Below, piece by piece: positions 51,306 through 61,397 of a DNA stretch of 64,000 bases. The translations under genes and the position numbers were made by a program. Source of the stretch: Parcubacteria group bacterium (GTDB lineage: Bacteria; Patescibacteriota; Minisyncoccia; Moranbacterales; UBA2206); NCBI GenBank assembly GCA_041659505.1, contig JBAZYF010000001.1:566712-630711 (forward strand), given 5' to 3'. Every line of letters starts with the position of its first letter. Position 1 is the stretch's first letter. The notes beneath the pieces were generated by a model. The model saw only the letters and a program-made list of their open reading frames with translations. It was not told the origin of the DNA and made no database searches.

Positions 51306-52322
51306 GTGATGGGAAAAATTGTGTTTTTGTTTGTACTGTTTAGTATTGTTGCTGCCGCGATAATATTTTGTATTGCTCGGATACGGTCTGAGAAAACAAG
51401 GTTTGAGAATGCAAAGCGGCGGTTTGATGCGGCTCTTAACAAACTTCTTGAGCTTAAGGATGACTATTTTGTCAAGGCGAAAAGGGAGGATTATCTTGAA
51501 GCAGAAGTTCGCTTATTAAAGCATTCTGCGGGAAGCGATCCGGTTGAATGGTATGACCGGCACGCTGATGAAGTAGAAGCGATACTGGAAAGTCCATTTG
51601 TCTATTTGAGACGCAAAGTTTATGATCCTGTTGATAACAGTCTTTTGCGGGAAGATGCAGTGGAAGTTGCCTGCGATCACCCGACAGCCGGAAAAATTTA
51701 CATAATGGTCAATCAATGGAATGTTGACAAAGTTGATCAGATCTTTAGGCGCAAAACAAAGTATCGTGCCAGCAGGCGTTTTTATCAGATGAGAATGGAT
51801 CGGGAATTGCCGCAAGACACAACAGTTATTCACCAGGACGACGGCATAACTTTGACCGATATTTTACTACTGAATTATCTCCTTACTGATCGCCATGTGC
51901 CAGTTCGGGAGTATTACGAAGAACCAACAGTACGGCGCTCACACCCCAATGACGGCAATATGGATATGTTGCACGCCGGCCATGAAGATCTAATATCCGA
52001 TATGTCTTATCCGCGAGCTAACGATGACAATGCGATTATCGCGACATCCGACAGGCCTGGCGTATTTGGCTGGGTATCTGATTCTGCGCCTGATCAAAAT
52101 GCTCCTGCTGAACATCAATTCGGCGGCGGCGATTTCGGCGGAGGCGGTGCCAGTGGAAGTTTGGACGATGGACCTGTAATTGTCGATCCGTTCGAATCAG
52201 CTGGTCACAGTGAGTCTGATTCTGGCGCATCGTCCGAAATTCACGATGACGCTCCGGCCGAAACTCCTGCAGATTCATCATCGCCTGAGGCCGACACAAG
52301 CTGCTCTTCTGACGACGACTAG
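51306..52322 (+). CDS. membrane-anchored hypothetical protein with acidic/Gly-rich tail
   Basis: N-terminal TM; FGGGDFGGGGASGS; paralog of 52535-52990. Confidence 0.7.
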   Translation: MMGKIVFLFVLFSIVAAAIIFCIARIRSEKTRFENAKRRFDAALNKLLELKDDYFVKAKREDYLEAEVRLLKHSAGSDPVEWYDRHADEVEAILESPFVYLRRKVYDPVDNSLLREDAVEVACDHPTAGKIYIMVNQWNVDKVDQIFRRKTKYRASRRFYQMRMDRELPQDTTVIHQDDGITLTDILLLNYLLTDRHVPVREYYEEPTVRRSHPNDGNMDMLHAGHEDLISDMSYPRANDDNAIIATSDRPGVFGWVSDSAPDQNAPAEHQFGGGDFGGGGASGSLDDGPVIVDPFESAGHSESDSGASSEIHDDAPAETPADSSSPEADTSCSSDDD

Positions 52323-52534
52323 GAAACCTTAGATTCGTCAAATTGAAGAATGACTCGAAAAAATTTCGCCAAAGCCAGTCCTACCAGCTAGGATTGGCTT
52401 TATTTATTGGCTTGACAGATTGGGGATTATTTGGTACTGTTTCAAGTTCTTTGAGAAGTGAATGTTTTTTGGGAAATGTTTTTTGTATCGTGGGATGATT
52501 CCATTAATAAGTTAGAAATGTTAAGGAGGCCTCA

Positions 52535-52990
52535 ATGGTCAGATCGCTTTTGTTGGGAGTATTGACTTGGTTTTTTATTGCCCGGATAGTTTCTTTGTTT
52601 CACAAGATGTTTCCGACCAAGGCTCAGGTGGCTATGGCAAGAGCGCGTTTTGCCAGCACTCTTTGTAAGTTGCATAATCTGAAGGAAGAATTTTATGTTG
52701 AAACGAAGTTGAAGCACTTTATTCGCGAAGATGCTTACTTGGTGGCAGGAAAATTCCGGGGCAATCCGATAGTCCGGTATGAACATTTGATCGATGAAAT
52801 CGAAAACATATTATATCATCCTGCTGGCTATCTGAAGCAGAAAGTCCGCGAACCGGTCAGTGATAGTCTTTTTCGAGAAAAGGAGGCAGAAGATGTAGTC
52901 AGACCACTGGCTGATGGCTACATGATTATTATGAAGCCTAATGAGCGGGGAGTGTATAGCAAAATCGATTCAAATGGTGATTTTGCATGA
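52535..52990 (+). CDS. membrane-anchored hypothetical protein (short paralog)
   Basis: DEIENIL..YLKQKVREPVSDSLFRE matches DEVEAIL..YLRRKVYDPVDNSLLRE. Confidence 0.65.
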   Translation: MVRSLLLGVLTWFFIARIVSLFHKMFPTKAQVAMARARFASTLCKLHNLKEEFYVETKLKHFIREDAYLVAGKFRGNPIVRYEHLIDEIENILYHPAGYLKQKVREPVSDSLFREKEAEDVVRPLADGYMIIMKPNERGVYSKIDSNGDFA

Positions 52991-53340
52991 CCCACCAAAC
53001 GCAGCCTATTTACAGCAGCGGCTCAAGCGCGTGGCGATGCGCTTGTGGTTGAGACTGACACGAGCATAACCCAAATACAAATTTAGACAAGCCAATTCTA
53101 GTAACCAGAATTGGCTTTATTTTTTTAAAATTAATACTTGACATTTTGCAGGAAAAATGATAGAGTCCGATGTTATTCATTTGATGGATAATAGGGAAAG
53201 TACTTTGAAAATATTGAGGAAATATCAACTATTTCAGGAACTGGAGGTGCCTGGAAAAAATGATTTCGTTTGTTGTGGTAGTGACTTGTAATTTTCAGTA
53301 GTAATATCAAAAACTATTCTAAGTTAGGAGGGAGCTTGCA

Positions 53341-54210
53341 ATGAAAGATCTGATGTTGATTTTTGGTCAGTGGATGGTGTATCCGGCAATCGCCTTGGTA
53401 TTCATGTTTGGAGCCAGATGTATTGAGAACCGACGGACAAAGTTTGATGATGATGCGTTGGTGCTGGAAGGAAACACCGCCATCGCTTTGCGCAAGGCGG
53501 GGATTTATCTCGGTCTGGCCATCGGAATCGTCGGACCGCTTTCCACGCACACTGGAGGATTCTTCGGTGACGTTTGGAATCTGTGTCTGGGTGGAATTTT
53601 TCTGGTGCCGGCGTTGTTCGCTGCTTTTTTTGTCAACGAATATTTCATGTTATCGAGCGTCAACAATGATGAGGCGCTCAAAAAAGGCAATGTCGCTGTC
53701 GGTATCGTTGAGTTCTGCAGTTATGTTGGGAGTGGCCTGTTTTTGAATGGGGCGTTTACCAATGGCAACGGCATTGGAGATATTGGTGTGTCTATGGTTT
53801 TTTTTGCTCTGGGACAGGCGGCGCTGGTCGCGGTCTATTATGCTTATGCCATGTATTACAGGATGACCAGTCAGAGCAGTGGGGCGAGAGATTTGCCTGA
53901 AGTGATTGAACAGGAAAGTGATGTTCCTGCCGCGATTGATGTCGGCGGATTTCTTATTTCTTTTTCTTTCCTTTTGAGGGCAAGTCTTGTCGGCGATTTC
54001 ACTGGTTGGGGAGCAAGCTTGGGAGCATTTGGCTGTTACTGTGGCTTTGGCTTGGTGCTGCTTCTTGTATATCGACTTGTGGTGAATAAATTTTTTATGC
54101 CACGGGTTGAAAATGGAAAGTTGACCGATGAACCACGCAATGTTGCGATGGCGCTGATGGAATCAGCATTGCAAATCGCAGTGGCAATCGTCATTTCTTT
54201 TTCAGTTTGA
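53341..54210 (+). CDS. DUF350 (YjfL-like) repeat membrane protein
   Basis: Four repeats GNTAIAL/GNVAVGI/SDVPAAI/RNVAMAL preceding TMs; operon with GspS-like gene. Confidence 0.8.
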   Translation: MKDLMLIFGQWMVYPAIALVFMFGARCIENRRTKFDDDALVLEGNTAIALRKAGIYLGLAIGIVGPLSTHTGGFFGDVWNLCLGGIFLVPALFAAFFVNEYFMLSSVNNDEALKKGNVAVGIVEFCSYVGSGLFLNGAFTNGNGIGDIGVSMVFFALGQAALVAVYYAYAMYYRMTSQSSGARDLPEVIEQESDVPAAIDVGGFLISFSFLLRASLVGDFTGWGASLGAFGCYCGFGLVLLLVYRLVVNKFFMPRVENGKLTDEPRNVAMALMESALQIAVAIVISFSV

Positions 54211-54229
54211 TGGGTTAAGGAGAAAACCA

Positions 54230-54667
54230 ATGAAAAAATCAAAACAGATTATCATCGGTTCCGCCCTGACAGCATTGATACTGAGCGGGTGCAGTGACGG
54301 TACGTCTACTCAGCGGCGATGTGTCGACAAGGATGGAAAAATCTTGGCCGACAGTGATTGCGCACATGAAGAAGAGATGCGCCGGCGTGGCTATGGCGGC
54401 TATCCAGGCAACTGGATGTTGTTCAATAGCCATTATCCTTCCGGTCCTTATGTTGCGCCCTCAGCCCCTTCTCATAATTGGGCCTGGGGAGGAGCAGTCA
54501 GCAAGAATCCTGGTGGGACAACCATACTTAAGGGCGGAAGCAGTTCCATGCCGAAGAGTTCCGGTTTTTCTTCTTCATTCCGTGGCGGATCCAGTTCTGG
54601 CACAAGTGTTTCTCGCGGTGGTTTCGGAGGCTCAGCCAGTGCGCATAGTGGCGGATTTGGAGGATAA
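54230..54667 (+). CDS. DUF1190 (YgiB/YjfM)-like lipoprotein with Gly/Ser tail
   Basis: LSGC lipobox, Cys pair, SRGGFGG tail. Confidence 0.75.
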   Translation: MKKSKQIIIGSALTALILSGCSDGTSTQRRCVDKDGKILADSDCAHEEEMRRRGYGGYPGNWMLFNSHYPSGPYVAPSAPSHNWAWGGAVSKNPGGTTILKGGSSSMPKSSGFSSSFRGGSSSGTSVSRGGFGGSASAHSGGFGG

Positions 54668-54690
54668 CATTTTATGAAAAGGAGGTTTCT

Positions 54691-55830
54691 GTGAAAAGAA
54701 TTGCGATTGAACAGAGAAAGGATTGGCAGCTCCGCGTTGAGGAAAAAGGTTTGTTGTTTCATCATACGGAGGAAGGGCTGTATTGGGATGAGCGAGCGTA
54801 TTATAAATTCACCGCTGATCAAATTGATGTTTTGGATGACGCAACAAACGAGTTACACAAAATGTGCTTAGCTGCCGTTTCGCACGTCATTGAAAAAAAC
54901 CGCTTCGCCGAACTGGGCATTTCTCCGGAAGTGGCGGAAGTGATCCGTGATTCCTGGCGTCGAGAAGATCCGAGTCTTTATGATCGATTCGATTTCGTCT
55001 ATGACGGGATCAATCCACCGAAAATGCTGGAATACAATGCTGATACGCCGACCGGCTTACAGGAAGCGAGCATCAGCCAATGGTTCTGGCTTGAGGAAGT
55101 TTTTGGCGACAAGTATGATCAGTTCAATTCGATCCACGAAAAATTGCTGGAGACCTGGAATGGACTGCGAAAATTTATTCCCAGCAATAAACTGCATCTG
55201 GCTTGTGTAGCAGAGCATATCGAAGATCTGGTTACTACGACATATCTTCAGGATACCGCTGAACAAGCTGGAATTGAAGCCGAGCTCATTTTTATGGGAG
55301 ATATCGGTTTTGATGCCGAACAGAATCGGTTTGTTGATATGAAAAACAACTTCATCGGTTCGCTGTTCAAATTGTACCCATGGGAATGGCTGGTCAGTGA
55401 TCAGTTTGGACCAATGGCGCTGGCAAATTACAAGGGTATGCTGTGGCTGGAGCCGATCTGGAAAATGATCCTTTCTAATAAGGGCCTGCTTCCAATCCTT
55501 TGGGAACTCTATCCCAACCATGAAAATCTTCTGCCGGCCTATTTCGATGGCCCGCGAGAAATGACCAAGTATGTGCGCAAGCCTTTGCTATCACGTGAAG
55601 GCGCCAACGTCACAATCTTTGATGGCGACAAAGAAACGCACACGCCAGGTAGCTACGGTGAAGAAGGGTATATCTATCAAGGCTTGGCAGAAATTCCCTG
55701 TTTTGATGGAAATTATCCAGTGCTTGGTTGCTGGGTCATCGGCGGACATTCTGCCGGACTCGGAATCCGTGAATCCAAGACATTGATTACCGACAATTTC
55801 AGTCGGTTCGTTCCTCACCTGTTCGAATAA
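54691..55830 (+). CDS. glutathionylspermidine synthase-like ATP-grasp (YgiC/YjfC family)
   Basis: RFDF, KMLEYNADTPT, FKLYPWEW, SNKGLLPILWE, KPLLSREG, LGIRE. Confidence 0.95.
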   Translation: MKRIAIEQRKDWQLRVEEKGLLFHHTEEGLYWDERAYYKFTADQIDVLDDATNELHKMCLAAVSHVIEKNRFAELGISPEVAEVIRDSWRREDPSLYDRFDFVYDGINPPKMLEYNADTPTGLQEASISQWFWLEEVFGDKYDQFNSIHEKLLETWNGLRKFIPSNKLHLACVAEHIEDLVTTTYLQDTAEQAGIEAELIFMGDIGFDAEQNRFVDMKNNFIGSLFKLYPWEWLVSDQFGPMALANYKGMLWLEPIWKMILSNKGLLPILWELYPNHENLLPAYFDGPREMTKYVRKPLLSREGANVTIFDGDKETHTPGSYGEEGYIYQGLAEIPCFDGNYPVLGCWVIGGHSAGLGIRESKTLITDNFSRFVPHLFE

Positions 55831-55852
55831 CGCAGCAGCTGCTGCAACAATA

Positions 55853-55882
55853 AGCGCCCGGTCGCAAGACTCGGGCGTTTTT
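55853..55882 (+). terminator. intrinsic terminator
   Basis: GCGCCCGGGTC-GCAA-GACTCGGGCGT followed by a T run. Confidence 0.75.
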
Positions 55883-56050
55883 ATATTCCGCGTTGTATAT
55901 TTTAATGTGATATTTGAAGCTAAAATTAGCGAATAGTTTGAGTTTGACAACTGCTATTCTCTGTAGTATATTAAAACGTTCTTTTCATTGTAAATAATAG
56001 TGCGAATCTAACCGTTGCGATTTAGCTCAAATAGAAAGAGAGGGGGGTAT

Positions 56051-57277
56051 ATGAAAAACAAGTTTCTATTAATGCCATTGATTATTTTGAGTATAGCTTG
56101 GATTATTTGGGGTGTTGCTTTTTTGGTCTATGGTTCTGTGATGGGCAATGCTGCTTTACTAATCGGTTCTCTTATCGGAATCGGATCGATTCCTTGGGCA
56201 GATTCAAAATGTTCAGAAGGTGATATTGTCATTTTCAAACTGAGCAATGGCTTGAAAAAATTCCTTCGGGAAAATGTATTTGTGTTTGCTTTTTTTTGCG
56301 TGGTGTTGCTTTTCTCAACTTTAGCTTATCAGGGCTATGGAGCTTGGGCTGGCGCGTTGGCTGGGTGTGTCGGGTGTGGTATAGCGGCCTTTGCTATCAT
56401 AATGTTCTTTATCGACTGTAAGGAGGAATCAGTGAGAGTGGTGGCAGGAAAACCAGACAATGAAATCATGATTTCATTGTGCCGCGGAGAGATTTTGAAG
56501 AAAATACTCCGAAGCAAAGTCGTCAGACTAGGGTTACCTCTAGTCACAGGATTTTTTGGGACTCATGTTTTGATGCACCATGGCGTTTTGCTCGGTATTC
56601 TGGTCATACTGGCTGGGATTGTTGTAACATTGGCGGTATATTTCACTGATTTCATTCATTTTTCTGAGAAAGAAAAAATGGAAGATAGACTGGCTAGCGG
56701 ACCAGTGAGTGAAATCGTTGTTCCTCAGAAGAGCGATGGTGCATTAGAATATCTGGCAACAGCATATAGCGCTGCTCCTAATCATTGCATATCATCTCAC
56801 ATAGACTCCATAATCAAGCGGGCGACTCGGCTACTCAGCTATCGTAGTGATGACGGAACGGTCGGGGAAATTATCGCAACTTATCATGTTTTTATTGAAC
56901 AGTATGTCGCTAGAGCAGCAGAGTTAGTCAGGAAGTACTGGAAAGCCTTTGTGTATCTCAGCTCGGTTGATCTTGGTGAGCTATCTTCTGAAATCAGCCG
57001 TTTGCAGACTGAGATTGAAAGCGGAGATGCTTCCGCCAAAAAAACGCTTGATGAGAAGAAGATAACTAAGGCTGCGATTGAAGAGATGCGAAAAAAACAA
57101 TTGTCTATTGGGCGGGGACTTGGCGAAATCGCTGCCACGCTTGAGGCGATGGAAACAATTGTTATTTCAGCGGAAACGAGCGATGCTGATGCTAAAGATG
57201 TGCGCGATGAACTTCAGCGCACGCTTTCCACTACCACCTTGGCGATCAAAGAAACGCTTTGTGATCATGAAAAATGA
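56051..57277 (+). CDS. multi-TM protein with XpaC-like helical C-domain
   Basis: Repeated TM hairpins; FIEQYVARAAELVRKY; paralog of 60341-61132. Confidence 0.65.
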   Translation: MKNKFLLMPLIILSIAWIIWGVAFLVYGSVMGNAALLIGSLIGIGSIPWADSKCSEGDIVIFKLSNGLKKFLRENVFVFAFFCVVLLFSTLAYQGYGAWAGALAGCVGCGIAAFAIIMFFIDCKEESVRVVAGKPDNEIMISLCRGEILKKILRSKVVRLGLPLVTGFFGTHVLMHHGVLLGILVILAGIVVTLAVYFTDFIHFSEKEKMEDRLASGPVSEIVVPQKSDGALEYLATAYSAAPNHCISSHIDSIIKRATRLLSYRSDDGTVGEIIATYHVFIEQYVARAAELVRKYWKAFVYLSSVDLGELSSEISRLQTEIESGDASAKKTLDEKKITKAAIEEMRKKQLSIGRGLGEIAATLEAMETIVISAETSDADAKDVRDELQRTLSTTTLAIKETLCDHEK

Positions 57278-57469
57278 GGATAATTAATCACTAATTTCAC
57301 AAAACATCCAAAACGGCTTAGATGCAAATCATCGGCCGTTTTTTATTTATTCAGACTGAATATCCTATCTTCTGGACAAAGAAGAATATCTATGATACAA
57401 AGGATAGATTTGACCGTTAATAGTTTTTAGTAGTCTTAAAAACAGAATATATGGAAGGGAGGATTAGAA

Positions 57470-58246
57470 ATGACGATTGATTCATTGTCGCGATCATTGG
57501 CAAGGGGGGTGGCGAGGCATGTCGTATTGCGAGGAAAAGGAGGACCGCTGATTTTTTTGGTGGTGCTCGGTTCCGGACTTATCGGTATCGCAAGTATGCT
57601 GGCAAAATTAGGACAGTTTTTCCCGTTGATGGAAGGAGGTTTTCTGATTGTTTGTTTCTTAGCTGGCTATGTCATTTATCGAGAGGGTATGCATGATCTG
57701 GACACTCGGCGTTCGGCGCTGGAATGTCTCGTTTGGCAGGATTTTCCGATTGATGAAGAGAAGCTGTATTATCGACCTCAACTGTTGAGGGGATTGGAAC
57801 TTGGTTGCGAAGCGATTCATAAACTATTAGAACTGTCCAGGAGGAGCGAGGAGAAAGAAAGCCTTTCGCAGATATTGGATGATGCGATCAAGATGCTTGA
57901 GATGCAGCATGACTCAGTCTGTCAAGTACGAGAAGCCCGACGCATCTTGGCGTTAGTTTCAGACAGTCAGGATCGGCGAGAAAAAAATGATCCGCTATTG
58001 GCGGAGAATATCCGCGCTATGGGGGAATATGCGACAGAAGCAGAAAGCTTGATCGGGGATATCAATGACCGGTTGAAGACTGTGACCTTGCAGATAGCCC
58101 AGTTGGAAACGCGGACCAGTCAGCGCAAAGTCAATGCGACGACATTCGCGAAAGAAAATTCAGATATGCTGAAAAAACTACAGAGTGCTGTGGAGAGAAG
58201 AAAGAGTGAGGCGGCTGTTGTGATTCAAAAATTTCAGTACAACTAA
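57470..58246 (+). CDS. 2-TM coiled-coil protein co-transcribed with SBP-vWA
   Basis: Two TMs then a helical domain; GGAGG SD; 20 nt from the next gene. Confidence 0.7.
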   Translation: MTIDSLSRSLARGVARHVVLRGKGGPLIFLVVLGSGLIGIASMLAKLGQFFPLMEGGFLIVCFLAGYVIYREGMHDLDTRRSALECLVWQDFPIDEEKLYYRPQLLRGLELGCEAIHKLLELSRRSEEKESLSQILDDAIKMLEMQHDSVCQVREARRILALVSDSQDRREKNDPLLAENIRAMGEYATEAESLIGDINDRLKTVTLQIAQLETRTSQRKVNATTFAKENSDMLKKLQSAVERRKSEAAVVIQKFQYN

Positions 58247-58266
58247 CATACACAGGAGGAAATACA

Positions 58267-60084
58267 ATGAGTAACAGAGGACAAGGTGCGGGTATGGTAT
58301 GGTTGGGCTTGGCTGGCATTGCGCTGGTCGTGATGTTGGGAATCGTGACCTATATTTCCATGTCAAAAGATCAAAAGGCCGCTCAGGCGCCGCAAGATCA
58401 GACGGCGAAACAGCAGGATGTGACAGAAAAAAAGCCACCGGTCATTCCGGGAACCGTTCAGATTTCAATCGCCAGTTCCAACACCAAGGAGGACTGGTTG
58501 CATCAGATGACTGATAAGTTCAACTCGCTTTCCAAAAGCGATGCGGTCTATCAGTTAAATGGTCAGCCGATCCGTGTGGCCATCATTCAGGAAACGATTG
58601 ATGAAAAGAAAAAGGATTACCGTTCGGGCGCGATGGTCAACGATATTCTGAATAAGAAAATCGAACCAACGATCGCTTCACCGGGGGAAGAATCTTGGAT
58701 GGACAAATTGAATAAGGAATGGCAGATCCAAAATGGCAGTGCGATCAGCAAGGCAGATGCGCCGATTCTCGTTCGCACTCCACTCGTCATTGCTATGTGG
58801 CAATCGCGAGCAACTGCGATGAAAGCTTGGCCAGACGCTGGAGCGGAAGCAAAGTGGTCGGCATTCCGTGCTCTGGCCAATAATCCGAAAGGCTGGGAAA
58901 AATATGGCCATCCGGAATGGGGCAAGTTCAAGATTGGGTATGGCTATTTCGGGGAAAGCAATTCTGGTACACTGGCGACAGTCGCCATGTGCACAGTCGG
59001 TTCGGGAAAAAAACGTCTGGAATTTTCAGAAATATCGCCGGATAGTCCGGCCGCCAAATTTCTTGGAGACATTGAGAAAAGCAAAGTGCATTCTGGCAAG
59101 AGCGATCTATGGCTTTTGGAAAAGATGATCAAAGGCGGGCAGGAATATCTGGATGCTGTTGTCACATATGAGTCAAACGTCATAATGATGAATCACAAAT
59201 TTGAAAAAGATTTGCGCGAACTGTTGGTCTGTGTTTATCCGCAAGATGGCGCAGTCATGGTCGGGCATCCGTTTGCCATTCTCGATCGTGCTCCCTGGGT
59301 CACCCTAGATCAGGCGCAGGCCGCTAAGATTTATCAGGATTTTCTGTTGGCGAAAGAGCAACAGGAACAAGTTTTGGCAGCCGGTTTGCGGCCGGCAGAT
59401 GCCAGTGTTAAATTGGCTTATCCCTTCGATGCATCACTGGGGGTGAATCCCAATGCAAAGATCGTGGAGCTGGCTCTGCCTGATCAGATGGTTATTGACC
59501 GGGTCGGTGAGGTTTGGCACAAAGTAAAAAAACATACCGTCGTTGCCCTAATTTTCGACAAATCCGGTAGTATGAGCGGTTCCAGTCTGAATAACGCAAA
59601 AAAAGGAGCCACTGAATTTGTCAACAAAATGGATCCGGAAGATATTATTGCGTGGATGCCTTTTGACTCAAAGTCATATGGCGTGCTAATCGAAGGCACC
59701 AAACAACTGATCGGTGAAAAACTGATTAGTGAACATATTGTAGGTTTGGGATCCGGTGGTAACACCGCACTTTACGATACCATTTTGGAAGCTCACAAAA
59801 ATCTGACCGATATGCGTAAGAAACATGGCGATTCATTCCGCTATGGCATCGTGGTCCTGACTGATGGCGGTGACAACAGTAGTAAGAATTCTCTCACTGA
59901 TGTTGAAGTGCAACTTCAACCAATGGAAAGCGATCCGACCGGGATCCAGATTTTCACCATCGGCATCGGTGAAGCCAAAGAGATGGTGCTTCGAACAATT
60001 GCCGCCAAAGGGAACGGGAAGTTCTACAAGGGAACGCCTGAGGAACTGCAGAAAATTTATGCCGAAATTGCGACTTATTATTAA
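58267..60084 (+). CDS. extracellular solute-binding + vWA domain protein
   Basis: RTPLVIAMW, SNSG, YES SBP-like region; MIDAS DKSGS, GNTALYD, LTDG. Confidence 0.9.
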   Translation: MSNRGQGAGMVWLGLAGIALVVMLGIVTYISMSKDQKAAQAPQDQTAKQQDVTEKKPPVIPGTVQISIASSNTKEDWLHQMTDKFNSLSKSDAVYQLNGQPIRVAIIQETIDEKKKDYRSGAMVNDILNKKIEPTIASPGEESWMDKLNKEWQIQNGSAISKADAPILVRTPLVIAMWQSRATAMKAWPDAGAEAKWSAFRALANNPKGWEKYGHPEWGKFKIGYGYFGESNSGTLATVAMCTVGSGKKRLEFSEISPDSPAAKFLGDIEKSKVHSGKSDLWLLEKMIKGGQEYLDAVVTYESNVIMMNHKFEKDLRELLVCVYPQDGAVMVGHPFAILDRAPWVTLDQAQAAKIYQDFLLAKEQQEQVLAAGLRPADASVKLAYPFDASLGVNPNAKIVELALPDQMVIDRVGEVWHKVKKHTVVALIFDKSGSMSGSSLNNAKKGATEFVNKMDPEDIIAWMPFDSKSYGVLIEGTKQLIGEKLISEHIVGLGSGGNTALYDTILEAHKNLTDMRKKHGDSFRYGIVVLTDGGDNSSKNSLTDVEVQLQPMESDPTGIQIFTIGIGEAKEMVLRTIAAKGNGKFYKGTPEELQKIYAEIATYY

Positions 60085-60117
60085 GCAGCACTTAGCATAA
60101 AGGCTAACAAGCAAACG

Positions 60118-60148
60118 AAAGCGTTTCGGGCTCCGAAACGCTTTTTTC
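60118..60148 (+). terminator. intrinsic terminator
   Basis: AAAGCGTTTCGG-GCT-CCGAAACGCTTTTTT. Confidence 0.8.
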
Positions 60149-60340
60149 TATTCTAAATTTTCACTGTTCGTGCTAGAATTTGCATTAATGAAATAGTCAT
60201 AGTGATTGCGGAGAATCGCGATATTGACAAAAATGGTTATCCATAGTATATTAAACAGTTCTTTTTATTACAACGATATTTATATCAACAATAGCGGTTA
60301 AGTGCTTTATTCAACAGGGAAATTAAGGAAAGGAGAGGTT

Positions 60341-61132
60341 ATGGGAATTGTGAGAAGATTGTTTGCGAGTAATGCAGTGTCGTTTGCGCTTTTTTGCATC
60401 ACATGTCTTGTGGGCGGAATTGTTTTACGGACGCAGAGTCTCAAGGCGGGCCTTGGAACTTTCGCCATTGGCATCTGTCTCATTGCAGTTGTGTGGCTCA
60501 CAGATATCATATGGGTTGTCAATGAGCAGAAACAGAAAGGCAAATCGGCGGACGGCCTGGGCGACGAAATCATTTTTTCCGAGCGGAAAGATACCCCCTT
60601 GGAATATCTGGCCGGGTTCAGTCTTTCATCCCCGAGGGATGGGGTTGTTGTGCTGGCCGATTTAATTTTTCGAAGGGCCACGCGGTTGCTGAATTATCAA
60701 GCTGAGGATGGTGTCATCGGTGAAGTTCTCAATGCCTATCGATCTTTCATAGATCAGTATGTTGTGCGAGCGGCGGAGCTGGTCAAGAAGCATCGCAAGG
60801 CGCAAGAATTTCTCGACAATACGGATCCCGAAAAACTGGCCCGTATCATAACCGACCTGAGAGGGAAGATCAAGGGTGGCAATGTTTCGCTGCAATCGAC
60901 ACTTGATGAAAAACAGAGGACGCTGGAGGAACTCGGCGCGATGCAGGAATCGCAGAGCCAGAGTATTTTCATGCTTGAGAAAATCGATGCTACATTGGAA
61001 TCGATGGAAACTCTTGCAGTTTCAGCGGAAACCAACAGCATAAGTGCCAAGGATGTGCTTGATGAGTTGCAACGCACTATTTCCTCCACAAGTCAGGCGA
61101 TCAAAGAAACCCTTTGCAACCACGGCGGATGA
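60341..61132 (+). CDS. 2-TM protein with XpaC-like helical C-domain
   Basis: RATRLL.Y..FIDQYVVRAAELV..ELQRT..AIKETLC shared with 56051-57277. Confidence 0.7.
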   Translation: MGIVRRLFASNAVSFALFCITCLVGGIVLRTQSLKAGLGTFAIGICLIAVVWLTDIIWVVNEQKQKGKSADGLGDEIIFSERKDTPLEYLAGFSLSSPRDGVVVLADLIFRRATRLLNYQAEDGVIGEVLNAYRSFIDQYVVRAAELVKKHRKAQEFLDNTDPEKLARIITDLRGKIKGGNVSLQSTLDEKQRTLEELGAMQESQSQSIFMLEKIDATLESMETLAVSAETNSISAKDVLDELQRTISSTSQAIKETLCNHGG

Positions 61133-61397
61133 ATGCGGTCAGGGCGCTAGAAAATGACACATTGTGGCCTTAAATAGGCAAAACGGTTCGATGCAAATCA
61201 CGGGCCGTTTTTATTTGACTTTTCCAGTAAATATGCTACTATCAAACGTTTGGTATACATGGTTTTTTGCACAGAGGGAATGAAAACAACGGGGGAGTTT
61301 TATTCTTTCTGTGTTGAAAGTCAATGGAGTTTATGGCTGGATGAATGCAACTTAAAAACCGAATTAGGGTTAAATTAAAATGGAGGAGGGAGTGGAT

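Noticed and set aside
53260-53301. 13-codon Val-rich ORF upstream of DUF350 as an attenuator peptide
   Set aside because: SD is too distant, no terminator/antiterminator pair, and the downstream genes are not amino-acid biosynthetic.
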